From assembly GCA_013178375.1 (NCBI GenBank), contig JABLXQ010000009.1, positions 82,347 to 146,346 of the forward strand: a stretch of 64,000 nt of DNA, given 5' to 3'. A program made the position numbers and the translations under genes. The notes under the pieces are model-generated. The model saw only the letters and a list, made by a program, of their open reading frames with translations. It was not told the DNA's origin and did no database searches. This stretch comes from Gammaproteobacteria bacterium (lineage in GTDB: Bacteria; Pseudomonadota; Gammaproteobacteria; Pseudomonadales; Ketobacteraceae). Shown one piece after another: positions 28,301-37,946 of this stretch (positions are counted from its first letter, which is position 1; each line of letters opens with the position of its first letter).

Positions 28301-31300
28301 GTGGAATTGTCTGCGGTCATATTATTGACCTTTAACTTTTTATATATCGGCGCCACACCGGCGTTTTTCTTCCGCAAGGACGGCTCGTTCAACCTGATGT
28401 GGTTCATCACCGGGTTGCCGCTGTTTCTGTGGCCGGTTTCCCTGTTCGGTGTGTACTGGGGCTATCTGGAGCCGAACCTGGCCCTGGACAGCGAAATGTA
28501 CGCCAGCATGAAAACCCTGGGCGTGCTGCTCAGCTGCGGCTCCATCGCGCTGATCTCGCTGACGATGGGCACGCACCGCATTCCGCTGGCCCTGTGGCAT
28601 CAGGACAACGACGCGCCGCGCACCATCGTCACCTGGGGCGCTTACCGTTTTATCCGGCATCCGTTTTACACGTCATTCATCATCGCCCACACCGCCGCGC
28701 TGATGATCGCGCCGCACTGGTTCCAGTTGCTGCTGCTGTCCTACCAGATCCTGATCCTGAATCACACCGCCGCGCGTGAGGAACGCAATCTGAGCCAGTC
28801 CAGCTTCGGCGCGGAATACCGTGATTTCATCACCCGCACCGGCCGCTTCTTTCCCAAACCCCGAGCTGCGGCCTTCATGGAAACCTATCTGGTGTGGGTC
28901 ACCCAGTATCGTCATCTGGTGCTGGGCCTGCTGGCCGGCTTCACCATTTTCTTCAGTGTGTTTCTCGTCAACATCGGCATCAACGCCACGCCGTATTTCA
29001 TTTCGCCGGACCATCCGGTGCGCGTCACCGAGTCTGAAATCAAAAGCATTTTCACCAACACGGAAGAACAGGCCTTCGTGGCGCTGGTGGATGAAAAGAA
29101 CGGCATTTTCACCACCGCCAATCTGGAACTGGTGCAAAAACTGACGCAGCAGCTGGAACGGATTTCATTTGCCAGCGACAGCGACCTGGAACGCTTGCGC
29201 AGCATCGCGGGCGACGACGCCGAAGCACAGGCCATCGTGGCCAGGGTTGCGGAAAACGGCATCGGGCTGGACGACGTGGAGCCGCTGCGTCAACTCGCAC
29301 AGCACGGCAAAACCGCGAAGACCCTGACCGCCCAGGAACTGAAAAAAATCGACGACATCATCGTGCGTGCGCGGCCCGTGAAGCGCGTGCGCAGCCTGTT
29401 CACCGTGGAAGACATCCGGGTGGACGGCGACGATCTGGCCATCGATTCCCTGATCGAACGGATTCCGTCGGACAGTGCCGGACTGCAGGCGCTGCAACAG
29501 CACATCATGGCCAATCCGCTGCTGGTGGGCGTGATCGTGTCGCAGGATGGCAAGGCCACCAACATGCAGGTGGAACTGAATATCGCCGAAGACGACTCGC
29601 CCAGCATGCAGGCGGTGTACGCCGCCATTGAAAAACTGCTGGCGGAAGCCGGCGGCGATGCGCAGCTGCATTTTTCCGGTCCGCCGATGGTGACTGCCCA
29701 GATCGCGCAGATCATCCAGCAGGACAACATGCTGTTTTTCCCGCTGGTGTCCACGGTGATCTGTCTGATCCTGTTCATCAGCTTCCGCCGTCTGCAAGCG
29801 GTGGTGCTGACCATGACGGTGTGCACGCTGTCCACGCTCTGGACCATGGGTTTCATGGCCATGTTCGGCATCGACGTGAATATCGTCACCGCCAGCCTGC
29901 CGGTGTTCCTGATGACTATTGCGGTGGCCGATTCCATTCATTACCTGACAGAATATTACGGCCTGCTCAACACCCATGACCGGGTGGAAGCGGCGAAGGT
30001 GGCACTGCGCCATCTGATGAAACCGATGTTCATGACCAGTCTCACCGATTTCTTCGGCTTCATCGCGCTGGCGTACACCAGCCTGGTGTTCGTGCGCGAG
30101 TTCGGTATTTTCATCGCCGTCGGTGCGGTATTCGCCTTCATCATTTCCGTCACCCTGCTGCCCGCCATCCTGCCGCTGCTGAAACAGCCGGCCAACGCCA
30201 GCGAGAACAAGCAGAGCGCGCTGATGAATCCCGTCAACCGTGGTTTCGGCAAACTGTACCTGACATTGGGACGCGCACCGCTGCTGGTGCTGGCGGCCAC
30301 GGCTGCCGTCGCTGCGTTCACCACCTATCTGTCGAGCGAAGTGCGCGTGGACAACCACAACATCGTGCAGTTCAGCGAGGACACCCGCATCCGTCAGGAC
30401 GACGAAATCCTGAATCGTCACTTCGGCGGCACCGTGCCGATCAACGTCTGGTTCAGCGCGGCCGATGAACGCCGTTTCACCCAGCCCGATGTGATCGTCG
30501 CCATGGACCAGATCGCGCAGCGGTTTGAACAGCACGAGATCATCGGTTACGTGGGCTCGCCCAGCAATCTGGTGAAGCGCATTCACCAGCTGCTCAACGA
30601 CACCGACTACGCCCTGCCGGCGGATATGTCGCCGGAGCTGATTGCGCAATATTTCCTGCTCTATGAAAACGGTAACGGTCAGGAAATCCGCGACTCGCTG
30701 GATGAGAATTACCAGAACGCGCGACTGGTGGCACTGTCCCATACCGACCAGTCCTCGAAAGTACGCGCCGTGCTGCAGGATGTGGAGGCATACGCCAAAA
30801 CCGTGCTGCCCGCCGACGTGAAAATGCAGGTTGCCGGCTTCGGCCAGATCATGGTGACCAGCACGGATGAAATCGTGAATGGCCAGATCAGCAGCCTGAC
30901 CATTGCCACGCTGCTGATCGCCGGCGTGATGATCCTGCTGTTCCGCTCCTGGTGGACCGGCGTGCTCAGCGTCATTCCGCTGGCGCTGACTATCCTGATC
31001 AACTTCGGCACCATGAACGGGCTGGGGCTGGATATCGACATCGGCACCGCGCTGATCACCGGCATCGTGTTCGGTATCGGCATCGACTATGCGATCCATC
31101 TGCTGTCGTATATCAAGCGCGCCACCGGCGAAGGCAAGCCCCTGGCCCAGGCCATCGAAGCCGCCATCGAGCATGCCTCCTGGCCGATCATGGTGAACTC
31201 GGTGTGTCTGGCGCTGGGCTTCTGTGTGCTGGTGGCGTCGCACTACGGCTCCACCGGACGCCTGGGCCTGCTGATCGCCGGCACCATGATCGTGTGCGCG

Positions 31301-31366
31301 TTGCTGACGCTGATCGTGTTGCCGGTACTGGTGAAACTGTTCAAACCCAAGGCACTGCAAAACTGA
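28301..31366 (+). CDS. Fusion protein: N-terminal ICMT/PEMT-family membrane methyltransferase plus C-terminal MMPL/RND exporter.
   Basis: GGAAGGAG RBS, then GTG at 28301. Residues 1-185 carry 4-5 TM with RFIRHPFYTSF and EERNLSQSSFGAEYRDFITRTGRFFP (ICMT/PEMT signatures RHPxY and EE..L..FG..Y..Y...R.xP). Residues about 190-1021 form two 6-TM bundles with large periplasmic loops, homologous in layout to the 6990..9377 exporter. Confidence 0.75.
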   Translation: MELSAVILLTFNFLYIGATPAFFFRKDGSFNLMWFITGLPLFLWPVSLFGVYWGYLEPNLALDSEMYASMKTLGVLLSCGSIALISLTMGTHRIPLALWHQDNDAPRTIVTWGAYRFIRHPFYTSFIIAHTAALMIAPHWFQLLLLSYQILILNHTAAREERNLSQSSFGAEYRDFITRTGRFFPKPRAAAFMETYLVWVTQYRHLVLGLLAGFTIFFSVFLVNIGINATPYFISPDHPVRVTESEIKSIFTNTEEQAFVALVDEKNGIFTTANLELVQKLTQQLERISFASDSDLERLRSIAGDDAEAQAIVARVAENGIGLDDVEPLRQLAQHGKTAKTLTAQELKKIDDIIVRARPVKRVRSLFTVEDIRVDGDDLAIDSLIERIPSDSAGLQALQQHIMANPLLVGVIVSQDGKATNMQVELNIAEDDSPSMQAVYAAIEKLLAEAGGDAQLHFSGPPMVTAQIAQIIQQDNMLFFPLVSTVICLILFISFRRLQAVVLTMTVCTLSTLWTMGFMAMFGIDVNIVTASLPVFLMTIAVADSIHYLTEYYGLLNTHDRVEAAKVALRHLMKPMFMTSLTDFFGFIALAYTSLVFVREFGIFIAVGAVFAFIISVTLLPAILPLLKQPANASENKQSALMNPVNRGFGKLYLTLGRAPLLVLAATAAVAAFTTYLSSEVRVDNHNIVQFSEDTRIRQDDEILNRHFGGTVPINVWFSAADERRFTQPDVIVAMDQIAQRFEQHEIIGYVGSPSNLVKRIHQLLNDTDYALPADMSPELIAQYFLLYENGNGQEIRDSLDENYQNARLVALSHTDQSSKVRAVLQDVEAYAKTVLPADVKMQVAGFGQIMVTSTDEIVNGQISSLTIATLLIAGVMILLFRSWWTGVLSVIPLALTILINFGTMNGLGLDIDIGTALITGIVFGIGIDYAIHLLSYIKRATGEGKPLAQAIEAAIEHASWPIMVNSVCLALGFCVLVASHYGSTGRLGLLIAGTMIVCALLTLIVLPVLVKLFKPKALQN

Positions 31367-31413
31367 AACAACCACACCCACCCGCGCGACAGCCAACTGC
31401 GCGCGGGCCGGCG

Positions 31414-31421
31414 TGTATAAT
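31414..31421 (+). promoter_or_regulatory. Extended -10 element (TGTATAAT) upstream of the RegB-like kinase gene.
   Basis: TGnTATAAT lies 72 nt upstream of the ATG at 31493 and is preceded by a GC hairpin (31381..31407). No clear -35 element. Confidence 0.3.
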
Positions 31422-31492
31422 GCGGGCAATCCCACCCGCATCGATCCTGTCGGCGCGGACCCGATCTGGCAGGAGACCCCCTGGTCCACCCC

Positions 31493-32815
31493 ATGAAACA
31501 ACCGGTAACCCTCGCGCCCCCGTCCTGGTGGCAGGCTCCCCTGCAACGGGACAGCCTGCGCTACCTCACCTGGTACATGTGCATCCTGCTGGCCGTGATG
31601 CTCACGGCCAGTCTCGCTTTCCACCTGCAGAAAATTGAACTGCCCGCGCGCCTGCACTGGCTGCTGCTGCCGACCCAGACGCTGCTGACCGTCGCCACTT
31701 TTATCGCCTGGCGCCGGCGCGCATCGGTACCGGAGGCGCTTTACCTGCTGTTGCTGTTCTGCTCCATCGGCCTGCTGGGCTGGTTCCTGCACGACGCCGG
31801 TGGCCACACCAATCCGGTGATTTCCCTGCTGCTGGTGCCCCTGGCCATGGGTGCCGCCCTGCTGGGGTGGCAGGCTACGGCACTGATCGCCATCAGCGTG
31901 CTGCTGCTCTACACCGCGCTGACTGAATATTTCATTCCACTTGATATGGGTAGCAATATGGCCGGCCAAGCGCACCACAACCACGCCGGTGCCAGCGACC
32001 ATTTCATGCAGCTGCATTTGTTGGGAATGTGGATCACCTTCGCGGTGTCGGTGCTGCTGATCGTCGGACTGGTGCTGCCGCTGGCGCAGTCCATGCGCCG
32101 CCAGCGCGACCAGATCGCGCGCCAGCAGGAAAAAATCCTGCAGGACGAAAAGCTGATCGCCTTGGCGACTTTCGCCGCCAGCGCCGCGCATCAACTCGGC
32201 ACTCCGCTTTCCACCCTCGCGGTACTCACCGACGATCTGAAAGACGCGCTGGCAGACCGGCCCGACCTGCAGCAGGATCTGCAGCTGATGGCGCAACAGA
32301 TTCACACCTGCAAGGCCACCCTGCACGGCATGATGCGCAAGGCTGATAATTTGCGGAACGACGTGCGCGAACCGGTGGCCATCGACCAGCTCACCCAGCG
32401 CCTGCGCCAGCAGTTCAACCTGCTGCACCCGGCGCGGGAATTGCGCGTGATGGGCCAGCCGCCTGCCTGCACCGTTGTCGGTGACGAAACTCTGGACCAG
32501 GCCCTGCTCAACCTGCTGGATAACGCCGCCCGCGTCAGCGCCACCGATCCTGAACTCGCCTTCGAACAGCAGGGCAACAGCATCTGCCTGCGCATCACCG
32601 ACACCGGCCCGGGCGTGCCCGACGCTGTTCTGCCACAACTGGGGGAAGCCTTCGTCACCTCGCGCCAGGACGGCCTGGGGCTGGGCCTGTTTTTGTCCCA
32701 CGCCACCATCAACCGGCTGGGCGGCACCCTGCGCCTGCTGCCATCCACCCGCCCCGGCGCCAGCGGCACTGTGACCGAAGTGCGCCTGCCACTGGCAGGA
32801 ACGGAAACCCCATGA
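31493..32815 (+). CDS. RegB/PrrB/RoxS-like redox-sensing membrane histidine kinase.
   Basis: Six TM. The intramembrane quinone-site-like heptapeptide is GGHTNPV (RegB GGxxNPF). The H-box is SAAHQLGTPLSTL, with a Cys in IHTCKATL (RegB redox Cys position). The G-box is GLGLGLF. Confidence 0.75.
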   Translation: MKQPVTLAPPSWWQAPLQRDSLRYLTWYMCILLAVMLTASLAFHLQKIELPARLHWLLLPTQTLLTVATFIAWRRRASVPEALYLLLLFCSIGLLGWFLHDAGGHTNPVISLLLVPLAMGAALLGWQATALIAISVLLLYTALTEYFIPLDMGSNMAGQAHHNHAGASDHFMQLHLLGMWITFAVSVLLIVGLVLPLAQSMRRQRDQIARQQEKILQDEKLIALATFAASAAHQLGTPLSTLAVLTDDLKDALADRPDLQQDLQLMAQQIHTCKATLHGMMRKADNLRNDVREPVAIDQLTQRLRQQFNLLHPARELRVMGQPPACTVVGDETLDQALLNLLDNAARVSATDPELAFEQQGNSICLRITDTGPGVPDAVLPQLGEAFVTSRQDGLGLGLFLSHATINRLGGTLRLLPSTRPGASGTVTEVRLPLAGTETP

Positions 32816-33354
32816 CCGCCATCCCCAGCTTGCTGCTGATCGACGACGATTCCCTGTTCCTGCAGACACTGGGCCGCTCCCTGCAACGGCGCGGCACCGA
32901 AGTGGCCACCGCCCGCGACAGTGCCAGTGCCCTGCACACGCTGCAGCACAAACGCTTCGACCTGATCCTGCTGGATCTGAACCTGGACGGCGAGAGCGGC
33001 CTGAAACTGCTGCAGCAGATCCTGACGCTCCAGCCGGACGCCCGGGTAGTCATGCTCACCGCCTACGCCAGCGTCGCCACCGCCGTGGACGCCATCAAGC
33101 GCGGCGCCGAAAACTACCTGTGCAAACCGGTCACCGCCACCGACATCCTGGCCCTGCTGCAGGACGACGCCGACAACACAACCGACAGCAACGCCCTGCA
33201 GGAAAACCCGCTGTCGGTAGACCGGCTGGAATGGGAACACCTGCAACGGGTGCTGCTGGAACACGACGGCAACATCTCCGCCACTGCCCGCGCCCTCAAC
33301 ATGCACCGCCGCACCCTGCAGCGCAAACTGCAGAAACGGCCGGTGAGCAAATAG
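32812..33354 (+). CDS. RegA/ActR/RoxR-like response regulator (receiver plus Fis-type HTH).
   Basis: LLLIDDDSLF ... DLILLDLNL is a receiver domain. The C-terminal GNISATARALNMHRRTLQRKLQK is a Fis-family HTH. It overlaps the kinase gene (ATGA). Confidence 0.8.
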   Translation: MTAIPSLLLIDDDSLFLQTLGRSLQRRGTEVATARDSASALHTLQHKRFDLILLDLNLDGESGLKLLQQILTLQPDARVVMLTAYASVATAVDAIKRGAENYLCKPVTATDILALLQDDADNTTDSNALQENPLSVDRLEWEHLQRVLLEHDGNISATARALNMHRRTLQRKLQKRPVSK

Positions 33355-33478
33355 CGAAAACGATTGCCAATTCAAATCCTTGCGTCACACCTTCGGTACA
33401 CCCGCCCGCTGGCCGTTGCAAACCCATTGTCACGGACTAAGCTTCAAAACGAATGCCCATCGCACGAGGAGTTCCACT

Positions 33479-34066
33479 ATGATCAGGATGTTGAAAGTTG
33501 CCCTTCTTGCTTCACTTGCCCTGCTGCCTGCCGTCTCCCAGGCCGAAATGGCCCAGGCCGAACTGCAGAAAATCCTCAAACCCCGCATCGACGGCCTCAT
33601 GTTCCTCACCAAGAACGCCATGTTTCTCGACGCCATCCGCGAACAGAACCGCGCCAACGCCAGCCTGGAAGAAATCCAGAAAATCGACGAGGAATGGAAG
33701 GCCGGCAAATCGCCGCTGATCCAGGAATTGCAGGACAACAAAGTGGGCGCGTTTCTGAAAAATATCATCGTGCAGCAGTCGGATGTGTACAACGAAGCCT
33801 TCGTCACCGATGCCAAGGGCGCCAATGTGGCGGCCTACCCCGCCACCAGCGATTACTGGCAGGGCGACGAGGACAAATTCACCAAGGCCTTCGCCGGCGG
33901 CAAGGGTGAAATCTTTATCGGCGACGTGGAAGAAGACGAAAGCACCAAGCAGACTGCGGTGCAGATTTCCGTGCCCATGCTGTACAACAAGGAAGCCGTC
34001 GGCGTGCTGGTGATCGGCGTGAAAGTGTCGGTGTTGGAAGCGGAAAAACTGAAGGCAGGAAAATAG
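33479..34066 (+). CDS. Secreted/periplasmic protein (hypothetical).
   Basis: GAGGAG RBS. MIRMLKVALLASLALLPAVSQA is a signal peptide. No recognisable family. Confidence 0.5.
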   Translation: MIRMLKVALLASLALLPAVSQAEMAQAELQKILKPRIDGLMFLTKNAMFLDAIREQNRANASLEEIQKIDEEWKAGKSPLIQELQDNKVGAFLKNIIVQQSDVYNEAFVTDAKGANVAAYPATSDYWQGDEDKFTKAFAGGKGEIFIGDVEEDESTKQTAVQISVPMLYNKEAVGVLVIGVKVSVLEAEKLKAGK

Positions 34067-34149
34067 CGCGGCAGATTGTTATAAACGGATCGTTCAAACC
34101 TGTCGCGGCAATACCGCCGCGACACTGATTGGCACCGCCGGCACTTGTA

Positions 34150-36444
34150 TTACGTCGTCGGCTCTTTCGCCGGCCCGGGAAAATGCATGGGCCGGATAAA
34201 GCTGCCCAGCCCCGCCCTTTCCATCATCAAATCCATGTGGCTGCGGATCACCTGGGCATTGTCCATGGTCCACACCTGCTGCAGGATTTCCTTGGCCCGC
34301 GCCAGGCCAATCTTGCGCAACACCCATTTCACCCGCAGCAAACTGCTGGCGCTCATGCTCAGCGTGTCATAACCCATCGCCATCAGCAGAATCGCCCCGC
34401 GCGGATCGCCCGCCAGCTCACCACAGATCGACACCGGCTTGCCCTCGGCCTTCACTTCCGTCACCACCGTCTGCAGCGCGCGCAGCACGGCGGGATGAAA
34501 CGCGTGGTACAGATTGGCTACTCGACGATTGTTGCGATCCACCGCCAGAATGTATTGCGTCAGATCGTTGCTGCCCACCGACACAAAATCGCACTGCTGC
34601 ACGAACTCGCGGCACTGGTACACCGCGGCGGGCACCTCGATCATCACACCCACCTGCGGCATCACCACATGGGCACCCTCTTCCAGCACCTCCAGATAGG
34701 CGCGGTGGATCAGGTGCATCGCCTCCTCGATCTCGGTGATCGAACTCACCATCGGCAGCATGATGCGCAGGTTGTCCAGGCTTTCGCTGGCCCACAACAT
34801 GGCGCGTATCTGCACCAGGAAAATTTCCGGATGGTCCAGCGTCACGCGAATGCCGCGCCAGCCCAGGAACGGGTTGTCTTCATGAATGGGAAAATACGGC
34901 AACGCCTTGTCACCGCCGATATCCAGCGTGCGCATGGTGACACTGGCGGGATGAAACGCTTCCAGCTGCTGGCGGTAGATTTCCATCTGCTCCAGTTCCG
35001 ACGGAAAACGGTCGCGCACCATGAACGGAATCTCGGTGCGGTACAGGCCCACACCCTCGGCACCGCGCTGGATCGAAATGCCCACGTCCGCCATCAGCCC
35101 GGTGTTCACGTACAGCGTGATGCGGTGGCCATCGGTGGTGATGCAGGGCAGGTCCGCCACCACCTCCAGTTCCTTCGACAGCTGCTTCTCTTCGTCGATG
35201 ATGGCCCGGTACTGGCGCAGCACTTCGCCGCTGGGCGACACGATCACTTCGCCACGATGACCATCGACGATCAGCTCCAGCCCTTCCAGGCGCGACAGCG
35301 GAACATCACCCACGCCCACCACGGTGGGAATACCCAGCGAACGCGCCACGATCGACATGTGGCTGTTGCTGGAGCCATGCTGCGACACGATGCCGAGAAT
35401 GCGGTCGCGGGGAATATCGACAAAGATGGTGGGCGTGATGTCATCGCCGACGATGATGGTGTTCGGCGGCACGGTGGTGTTCTGCGGCTTCGACTGCTGC
35501 AGATACGCCAGAATGCGCAGGCCCAGATCGCGCACATCGGAGGCGCGGGCGCGCAGGTAGGAATCCTCCATGGATTCGAACGCCGCCACGTGTTTCAGCA
35601 CCACTTCCCGCAACGCGCCCTGAGCCCAGTTGCCGGCTTCAATGCGGGCGCGGATCTCGCCCGCCAGTGCGGCGTCATCCAGCATGCGTTCGTACACCTG
35701 GAACAGCGCCTGCTCTTCCGGCGGCAGCGTCAGCAACGCCTTTTCACCCAGGGCGCGAATTTCGGTGCGCACGGATTTCAGCGCTTCATTCAGCGCACGC
35801 AGTTCCTTCTTGATGTTCTTGGCGGCACGATCGGGCACGGATTTGAAATTGGCGGGCGGATACACCACATGGGCACGGCCAATCGCCACCCCGGTGCAGC
35901 CGGCCACACCATCGAATTTCGCGGTGAGTGTGCCTTTGTTGCCGAAGATGCCGTCGATGGCACCGGTGGCTTCCGCATGGGCCACCACCGCCGCCAGCTG
36001 GGCCGAGATGGTCACCAGAAACGCTTCTTCCTGCTGATCGAACTTGCGGCTTTCCCGCTGCTGTACCACCAGCACGCCCAATAGTTTGCGGTGGTGAATG
36101 ATGGGCACGCCCAGAAAGGAATGGAACGGCTCTTCGCCGGTTTCCTGCAGGTAACGGAATTTGGGGTGGCTGGGAGCGTCGTCCAGGTTGATGGGCTCTT
36201 CCCGCATCCCCACCTGGCCCACCAGGCCCTCGGAGAAATGCAGGGTGGCATTACCGACAGCGGACTTGTTCAAGCCCTCGGTGGCCATCAGGTAATAGCG
36301 GTTGGCGCCGTGGTCGAGCAGATAGATGGAGCACACCTCGGTGCCCATGGATTTGCGCACGCGCGACACCATGACTTCGAGGGCCGCCGACAGATCGGGG
36401 GCGGCGTTGACCTCTTGAACGATTCGCCTCAGGGTTTCCAGCAT
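34150..36444 (-). CDS. ptsP: Phosphoenolpyruvate-protein phosphotransferase PtsP (EI-Ntr, GAF-containing).
   Basis: N-terminal GAF domain, then EI phosphohistidine (GSSNSHMSIVARSLGIPTVVG) and PEP-utilising domains (GLYRTEIPF, VSVGSNDLTQY). The ATG at 36444 gives 764 aa. Conserved rppH-ptsP pairing. Confidence 0.9.
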   Translation of the reverse strand: MLETLRRIVQEVNAAPDLSAALEVMVSRVRKSMGTEVCSIYLLDHGANRYYLMATEGLNKSAVGNATLHFSEGLVGQVGMREEPINLDDAPSHPKFRYLQETGEEPFHSFLGVPIIHHRKLLGVLVVQQRESRKFDQQEEAFLVTISAQLAAVVAHAEATGAIDGIFGNKGTLTAKFDGVAGCTGVAIGRAHVVYPPANFKSVPDRAAKNIKKELRALNEALKSVRTEIRALGEKALLTLPPEEQALFQVYERMLDDAALAGEIRARIEAGNWAQGALREVVLKHVAAFESMEDSYLRARASDVRDLGLRILAYLQQSKPQNTTVPPNTIIVGDDITPTIFVDIPRDRILGIVSQHGSSNSHMSIVARSLGIPTVVGVGDVPLSRLEGLELIVDGHRGEVIVSPSGEVLRQYRAIIDEEKQLSKELEVVADLPCITTDGHRITLYVNTGLMADVGISIQRGAEGVGLYRTEIPFMVRDRFPSELEQMEIYRQQLEAFHPASVTMRTLDIGGDKALPYFPIHEDNPFLGWRGIRVTLDHPEIFLVQIRAMLWASESLDNLRIMLPMVSSITEIEEAMHLIHRAYLEVLEEGAHVVMPQVGVMIEVPAAVYQCREFVQQCDFVSVGSNDLTQYILAVDRNNRRVANLYHAFHPAVLRALQTVVTEVKAEGKPVSICGELAGDPRGAILLMAMGYDTLSMSASSLLRVKWVLRKIGLARAKEILQQVWTMDNAQVIRSHMDLMMERAGLGSFIRPMHFPGPAKEPTT

Positions 36445-36520
36445 GCTCGCGCTCTCTCGTGCCAGTGCAGAAGCCTCACGGCCGTGCAGCGGCAAATTCC
36501 CGTTTTTAATCGTTATGCGG

Positions 36521-37018
36521 TCATTCCGCCAAACGCTGTCCCACCACTGCGTGCAAGGAAGGCGCGAGCTCTTTCAACGCCTTGCGGTACACCTCACGCT
36601 TGAAGGACACCACCTGGTTCAGCGGATACCAGTAACTAACCCAACGCCAGTCATCGAACTCCGGCGGATTGCCATAGGCAAAACTGACCTGGCTTTCATT
36701 GCCGGTCAGCATCAATAAAAACCATTTCTGTTTCTGGCCAATACACAGCGGACGGCTGCGGTAGCGCAGAAAACGCTTTGGCAGACGGTAGCGCAACCAG
36801 CCTTCAGTGCAGCTGACGATCTCGACGTCGCTGTCCCTGAGGCCGATTTCCTCATGCAATTCGCGATAGAGAGCCTGTTCCGGGGATTCGTTCTCGGCAA
36901 TGCCGCCCTGGGGAAACTGCCACGCGTCCTGACCCACCCGGCGTGCCCACAGCACCTGGCCCTGTCGATTCGCCAGTATGATCCCGACGTTTGGCCTGAA
37001 TCCATCCTCATCTATCAC
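36521..37018 (-). CDS. rppH: RNA pyrophosphohydrolase (Nudix).
   Basis: [10 protein letters not shown]-like start [11 protein letters not shown] and Nudix box [23 protein letters not shown]. Confidence 0.9.
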   Translation of the reverse strand: MIDEDGFRPNVGIILANRQGQVLWARRVGQDAWQFPQGGIAENESPEQALYRELHEEIGLRDSDVEIVSCTEGWLRYRLPKRFLRYRSRPLCIGQKQKWFLLMLTGNESQVSFAYGNPPEFDDWRWVSYWYPLNQVVSFKREVYRKALKELAPSLHAVVGQRLAE

Positions 37019-37274
37019 GTTGCCGTTTTCCGAATCTGTTTATCGGTAATAAATACCTTAGTCCGTGCCGCCGCACAACTGCGCAATCGGGCAACAGATT
37101 CCCGACAGATGCCGATGGCTCCACTATACTATAGACATATTCATTTGATTTTTCTAAGTTTTTGAAAGCCCTGAAAATGAACGTGCATTTTCCCTGCCAC
37201 GGCAAGCTGATACACTGCGTATCATCCTGCCGTGATTTGCATTCGCTCCCCTTTCGCGCACTGACGAGGTACCG

Positions 37275-37937
37275 ATGAGCCTGGCCATATTCGATCTCGA
37301 CCACACCCTGCTGAACGGAGACAGTGATCACGCCTGGGGGGAATTCCTGGTGCGGCAACAGATTGTCGATCCGTCCTTCTACCAGCGCCAGAACGATCAT
37401 TTTTACGAGCAGTACAAGCAGGGCACCCTGGATATCCACGAATATCTGGCCTTCGCGCTGGAACCCCTGACCCGCTTTCCAGTGCAGGAGCTGGAGCTGA
37501 TGCACCGCCAGTTCATGCGCGAATTCATCACCCCCATGCGTCAGGCCAAGGCCGACGGGCTGCTGCAGCAACACCGCGAGCGGGGCGATTTCCTGCTGAT
37601 CATCACCGCCACCAACCGCTTCATCACTGCGCCTATCGCCCGCTCCATGGCCGTGGACGACCTGCTGGCCACCGATCCGGAAATCCTGGGCGACCGCTAC
37701 ACCGGCCGGGTGAAGGGCATCCCCTGCTACCGGGAAGGCAAGGTGCAACGGCTGCACCAGTGGCTGGAAGACACCGAGCACACGCTGGACGACAGCTATT
37801 TCTACACGGATTCCATCAACGACCTGCCGCTGCTGGAGGAAGTGACCCACCCCTTCGTGGTGGATGCGGACGAGCGCCTGCAGGACGAAGCCCGCCGGCG
37901 CAACTGGCCGCTGATGTCGCTGCGCCCAATCTCCTGA
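37275..37937 (+). CDS. HAD-superfamily hydrolase (HAD-IB/SerB-like subfamily).
   Basis: FDLDHTLL (motif I, DxD), IITATN (motif II) and YTDSINDLPLL (motif IV). Confidence 0.75.
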   Translation: MSLAIFDLDHTLLNGDSDHAWGEFLVRQQIVDPSFYQRQNDHFYEQYKQGTLDIHEYLAFALEPLTRFPVQELELMHRQFMREFITPMRQAKADGLLQQHRERGDFLLIITATNRFITAPIARSMAVDDLLATDPEILGDRYTGRVKGIPCYREGKVQRLHQWLEDTEHTLDDSYFYTDSINDLPLLEEVTHPFVVDADERLQDEARRRNWPLMSLRPIS

Positions 37938-37946
37938 CGCTGGCGT

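Noticed and set aside
29165-32869. 1234-aa minus ORF, the longest ORF in the track for this region.
   Set aside because: It is antisense to the MMPL fusion and RegB-like genes, Q/G/H/R/A-rich with no TM or domain logic. The + strand products have full transporter and kinase motifs.
34129-36084. 651-aa +ORF.
   Set aside because: It is antisense to ptsP (GAF plus EI domains, unambiguous).
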